A stretch of 64,000 nt of DNA. Origin: Candidatus Faecalibacterium intestinavium (GTDB lineage: Bacteria; Bacillota; Clostridia; Oscillospirales; Ruminococcaceae). Each line of letters starts with the position of its first letter. Position 1 is the first letter of the stretch. A program made the position numbers and the translations under genes. The notes under the pieces were generated by a model. The model was not told the DNA's origin. It searched no databases and worked only from the letters and a program-made list of their open reading frames with translations. Positions 60,198 through 64,000 of this stretch are shown here, in pieces. The stretch covers positions 45,064-109,063 of the forward strand of contig JAHLFH010000012.1 of the NCBI GenBank assembly GCA_018883885.1, given 5' to 3'.

Positions 60198-60237
60198 AAA
60201 CGGCTGAACTCTTTAGGGGGTTCAGCCGTTTTTCTTT
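60198..60237 (+). terminator. Terminator of tRNA-Thr
   Basis: AAACGGCTGAAC/GTTCAGCCGTTT plus T run. Confidence 0.85.
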
Positions 60238-60313
60238 ATGCCGCCGGGCTGTATTTAAAAACCCCCGGCTTTTTTGAACCGGGGGCAATCCGCTTTCCTG
60301 CTCGGGTTTTATC

Positions 60314-62209
60314 TCATTTGGAGTCGGGGGAATTGATCCGCTCCCGATGGTATTGCAGAGTATAGAGCTGATAGTACCGTCCATGGGCAGCCAGAAGCTG
60401 CTGATGGGTCCCCTGTTCCACGATGACGCCGTGGGACAGAACGATGATGTTGTCAGCATGCTGGATGGTGGAGAGCCGATGGGCCACGATCAGCATGGTA
60501 CCGATGTTCTTCATCTTTTCAAGGGAATCCTGAATCAGAAGCTCGGTCTCGGTATCAATGTTGGCGGTGGCTTCATCCAGAATCATGACCGAGGGCCGAT
60601 GGAGAATGGTCCGGGCAAAGGAGAGCAGCTGCCGCTGCCCCGCCGAGAAGTTGTTTCCGCGTTCCCGCACGGGTTCATCCAGGCCCTGTTCCAGTTTGCT
60701 GATGAAGCGGTCGGCGTTCACATAGCGGCAGACCTCCATGATTTTCTCATCTGGAATTCCTTCTTCCCGCAGAAGAATGTTGCTTCGGATGGTTCCGGAA
60801 AAGAGAAACACATCCTGAAGCATCTGGCCGAAATGACGGCGCAGACAGGAAATTTTGATTTTTCGGATGTCCACGCCGTCAATCCGAATCTCCCCTTTCT
60901 GAAACTCATAGTTGCGGCAGATCAGGGAGAGGATCGTTGATTTTCCGGAGCCGGTGGACCCCACAAAGGCCACTGTATCCCGGGGGCTGACGTGGAAGGA
61001 AACGCCTTTCAGCACCCACTCACCGGGGATATAGCTGAACCAGACGTCTTTGAATTCGATCTCCCCCCGAATCTCCTCCAGGTCCATTGCATCGGGAGCT
61101 TCCAGGAGTTTCGGTTCGATGTCCATGACCGAAAATACCTTTTCCGAAGATGCCAGCGCCGACTGAAGCCAGTTAAACTGCTCCGCCAGGTTCTGGATGG
61201 GATTGAAAAACTTGGAGATATACATATAAAAGGTAACAATGGTGCTGCCTGTCAGGGTCTGGCCCAGAAAAACCCGGTTTTCCAGTGCGCCCATGCCGCC
61301 CAGATAGAACAGGCACAGGATGCAGCCGATGTAGAGCATATACACCAGCGGGCGGAAAACGCCAAAGACAAAGATTTCTTCCTGTTTGGCGCGTCCAAGG
61401 GCATTGCTCCTGCGGCGGAAATCCTCCATCTTGGCCTGTTCCCTGTCGAACACCTGGGTAATTTTAATGCCCGAAAGGTTTTCGGACAGATAGGTGTTGA
61501 TGTCCGTGGTTCGATCCTTGACCCGACGGTAGGCCCGCCGGGAGAATTTGCGGAAAATGACCGTGAAGACCACAATAAAGGGCACAAAGCACAAAACCAT
61601 CAGCGTCAGCTGAACGTTCACCAGCAGCATGGCGGCGAGAATCCCCAGGATTACAAAGCAATTCTTGACGAGGTTCACCAGAAGGTTCGTGAACATCAGG
61701 GAGATGGCATTGGTATCGTTGGTCACACGGGTGACCAGCTTGCCCACGGGTATCTCGTTGAGCTGTTCATGCGAAAGAGACTCGATGTGTACAAAGAGAT
61801 CCTTGCGGAGGTCTGAGACGATCTTCTGCCCAACCTTTTGCAGAATGATGGCCTGAAAGTAGGAGCTGACCATGGAAAAGACAAGAACGGCCGCGTAAAC
61901 GCCTACTGTAATAAAAAGCGTTTTCAGCGCAAACTCCCCGACGACAATCTCCTCGATATACCCCACCAGAAGAGGCGAAAGGATATCGTAGGCAATCGAG
62001 AAAATGACCAGCACACCCACCAGGATAAAGTGTCTGGCGTAGGGTTTTGCATATTTAGCCAGCCTCCGGAGAATTTCCCCGTCCTTCATGGTTCGATCAA
62101 AGCCCATGGCGGCCTTTTTGTCCTTGACGGAGGCATAGGCAAACACCAGCAGTGCCGTAATGACGCCAATCAGCGCACCCAGCAGCAAAATCGGATTGAT
62201 ATCACCCAT
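60314..62209 (-). CDS. Heterodimeric ABC exporter subunit (TMD+NBD, consensus site)
   Basis: GSTGSGKST, FSAGQRQ, ILDEAT, AHRLST; start at ATG 62209 after GGAAGG. Confidence 0.92.
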   Translation of the reverse strand: MGDINPILLLGALIGVITALLVFAYASVKDKKAAMGFDRTMKDGEILRRLAKYAKPYARHFILVGVLVIFSIAYDILSPLLVGYIEEIVVGEFALKTLFITVGVYAAVLVFSMVSSYFQAIILQKVGQKIVSDLRKDLFVHIESLSHEQLNEIPVGKLVTRVTNDTNAISLMFTNLLVNLVKNCFVILGILAAMLLVNVQLTLMVLCFVPFIVVFTVIFRKFSRRAYRRVKDRTTDINTYLSENLSGIKITQVFDREQAKMEDFRRRSNALGRAKQEEIFVFGVFRPLVYMLYIGCILCLFYLGGMGALENRVFLGQTLTGSTIVTFYMYISKFFNPIQNLAEQFNWLQSALASSEKVFSVMDIEPKLLEAPDAMDLEEIRGEIEFKDVWFSYIPGEWVLKGVSFHVSPRDTVAFVGSTGSGKSTILSLICRNYEFQKGEIRIDGVDIRKIKISCLRRHFGQMLQDVFLFSGTIRSNILLREEGIPDEKIMEVCRYVNADRFISKLEQGLDEPVRERGNNFSAGQRQLLSFARTILHRPSVMILDEATANIDTETELLIQDSLEKMKNIGTMLIVAHRLSTIQHADNIIVLSHGVIVEQGTHQQLLAAHGRYYQLYTLQYHRERINSPDSK

Positions 62210-63986
62210 TGCCTTCCCCTCCCATCTCGTCTTCCAGCCGCTGCAAATCCACCATACGGCGGTAATCCTCACAAGCGGCGTACAGTTCATCATGCGGCCC
62301 CACCGCCAAAACCTCGCCATCTTCCATAAAGACGATCTTATCCATCCGCTCCACTGTGGAAATGCGGTGAGCAATCAGCAGGGTCGTCCTGCCTGCGCGG
62401 CTCCTGTGCAGATTGTCCAGAATAACCTTTTCGGTTCTGGTATCCACCGCAGAGACGGAGTCATCCAGAATCAGGATCGGCGCGTCCTTCAAAAGCGCCC
62501 GGGCAATGGAGATCCGCTGCTTCTGACCGCCCGAAACCGTCACCCCGCGCTCTCCCAGCACCGTCCGGTATCCCTCTTTGAAGCCTGCAATATTGTCGTC
62601 CACGTCCGCAAGGCCTGCCGCCCGGACAATCTCATCCTGCTCCGCATCGTCAAGGCCGAAGGCGATGTTGTTGGAGATGGTGTCGGAGAAAAGGAAATTG
62701 TCCTGCGGAACATAGGCGCAGGCCGCGCGCACCGAATGAATGCTCAGGCGGTTGACGTCCTTTCCGTCGATGAAAAGGGTTCCGTCCGGCACGTTATAGG
62801 TCCGAAGAATCAGATCCACCAGCGTGGTTTTGCCTACGCCGGTCTTTCCTACGATGCCCACACTTTCGCCCGGCTGCACGGTGAAAGACACATTTTTGAG
62901 CACGTCGTACTCTCCATCCGGATAGCGGAAGGTCAGGCCCCGGAATTCAATGCCGCCCCGGGCATCCTTCAGCTCCTCGACGCCGGGCTGATCCGCCACG
63001 TCAATTTTGGCGTCCAACAGTTCGCTGATACGGTTGAGCGAAGCTTTTCCGCGGGATGTTTTTTCAATCAGCATCGAGATGGCCATAATGGGCCAGACGA
63101 TGGCCGAAAAATAACCGATGTACTCCACCAGCTGGCCCGCATTGAACCGGCCCCTGTAAACCAGAAATCCGCCATAGCCCAGAATGATGCAGATGACCGA
63201 TTCCACCAGAAAGGTAACCAGCATATTCAGCAGGGTCGAATATCGGGTGTAGACAACATTGGCTTCCTCGTTCTGCTCGTTCAGCTTCCGGAACGCCATC
63301 AGCTCCCGGGCCTCTTTGACAAACGCCTTGATAACCGCAATGCCCGAGAAATTTTCCTGGGCAAAGTCCGACAGGTCGGAAAACGCCTGCTGACGTTCTT
63401 CCCACTTTCGGGTCAGCACCTTGCCCATCACATTGCCGATGCCAAGCATCAGGGCGGCGGGGATCATGGCCAGAATCGTCAGGCCGCGATCCATCTGCCA
63501 CATCTTTAAGAAAGCCAGCGCACCAAGAAAGAGGGCGTCGCAGAACATCAGAATGCCCTCTCCGAAGCATTCCTGAATGGTTTCGAGATCGTTTGTATAA
63601 AGACTCATCAGGTTGCCCACCTTGTTCACCTGGTAGTACGCCTGGGAAAGGTCCTTGCTGTGGTCGAACATCCGGTTCCGGAGATCGGTTTCCACCCGAA
63701 TGGCCGCGCCGAAAAAGCAGATGCGCCACAAAAAGCGTCCGACCACCATTGCAAACACAATGCCGATCATGGGCAGACAGATCTGCTCCATCAGGACATT
63801 TCGGGTAAACGAAACGGTCTGCCCGCCCGCAAGCACGCTGCCGCGGTTGATTCCGTTGATGAGCATCCGGTAAAGCTCCGGAATCAGAAGCTGAAAGTAG
63901 TCTACCGCAATCAGCGCCGCCAGCCCCAGCAGAAGGATCGGCGCGTTTTTCCAATAATAGCGGTTTATATGTCTGCCAAAGATCAA
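62202..63986 (-). CDS. Heterodimeric ABC exporter subunit (TMD+NBD, degenerate Walker B)
   Basis: GKTGVGKT, VSGGQKQR, ILDDS; TTG start after GGAGG. Confidence 0.92.
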   Translation of the reverse strand: MIFGRHINRYYWKNAPILLLGLAALIAVDYFQLLIPELYRMLINGINRGSVLAGGQTVSFTRNVLMEQICLPMIGIVFAMVVGRFLWRICFFGAAIRVETDLRNRMFDHSKDLSQAYYQVNKVGNLMSLYTNDLETIQECFGEGILMFCDALFLGALAFLKMWQMDRGLTILAMIPAALMLGIGNVMGKVLTRKWEERQQAFSDLSDFAQENFSGIAVIKAFVKEARELMAFRKLNEQNEEANVVYTRYSTLLNMLVTFLVESVICIILGYGGFLVYRGRFNAGQLVEYIGYFSAIVWPIMAISMLIEKTSRGKASLNRISELLDAKIDVADQPGVEELKDARGGIEFRGLTFRYPDGEYDVLKNVSFTVQPGESVGIVGKTGVGKTTLVDLILRTYNVPDGTLFIDGKDVNRLSIHSVRAACAYVPQDNFLFSDTISNNIAFGLDDAEQDEIVRAAGLADVDDNIAGFKEGYRTVLGERGVTVSGGQKQRISIARALLKDAPILILDDSVSAVDTRTEKVILDNLHRSRAGRTTLLIAHRISTVERMDKIVFMEDGEVLAVGPHDELYAACEDYRRMVDLQRLEDEMGGEGNG

Positions 63987-64000
63987 AAGACGATTCCTCC

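Noticed and set aside
60119-64000. tRNA-Thr as an island integration site carrying the ABC genes
   Set aside because: No integrase or duplicated tRNA 3' end seen in the window; cannot be excluded beyond the edge.

Overview
GC-rich core-chromosome segment of a Clostridia (Oscillospiraceae/Ruminococcaceae, Faecalibacterium/Subdoligranulum-like) bacterium; the taxonomy is inferred from protein character. It holds housekeeping genes (tig-clpP-clpX, secDF, nrdR, hprK-murB-rapZ-whiA-dnaE, pfkA, ligA, rpmE, potABCD, pcrA-thyX-tmk, mltG-U32-tgt-yajC, radA, mutS2, recO, era, ybeY, phoH, tRNA-Thr). It also holds a Na/Pi symporter-PhoP/PhoR-like operon, two ABC exporters and sporulation genes (gerABC-like, DUF421, spo0A, spoIIM-like, yqzL). 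No prophage, IS or CRISPR was seen. The main signal is a near-palindromic 28-bp dif-like site (52770-52797) about 360 bp downstream of a lone tyrosine recombinase. It lies exactly where gene orientation flips from + to -, suggesting a single-recombinase Xer/dif dimer-resolution module at the replication terminus. The second signal is an unannotated, independently transcribed ~176-nt small RNA (38111-38286) with exposed anti-Shine-Dalgarno loops and 11-bp-phased TTACA boxes upstream. Several compact sporulation-promoter arrangements were also noticed. All calls are by eye, without database searches.
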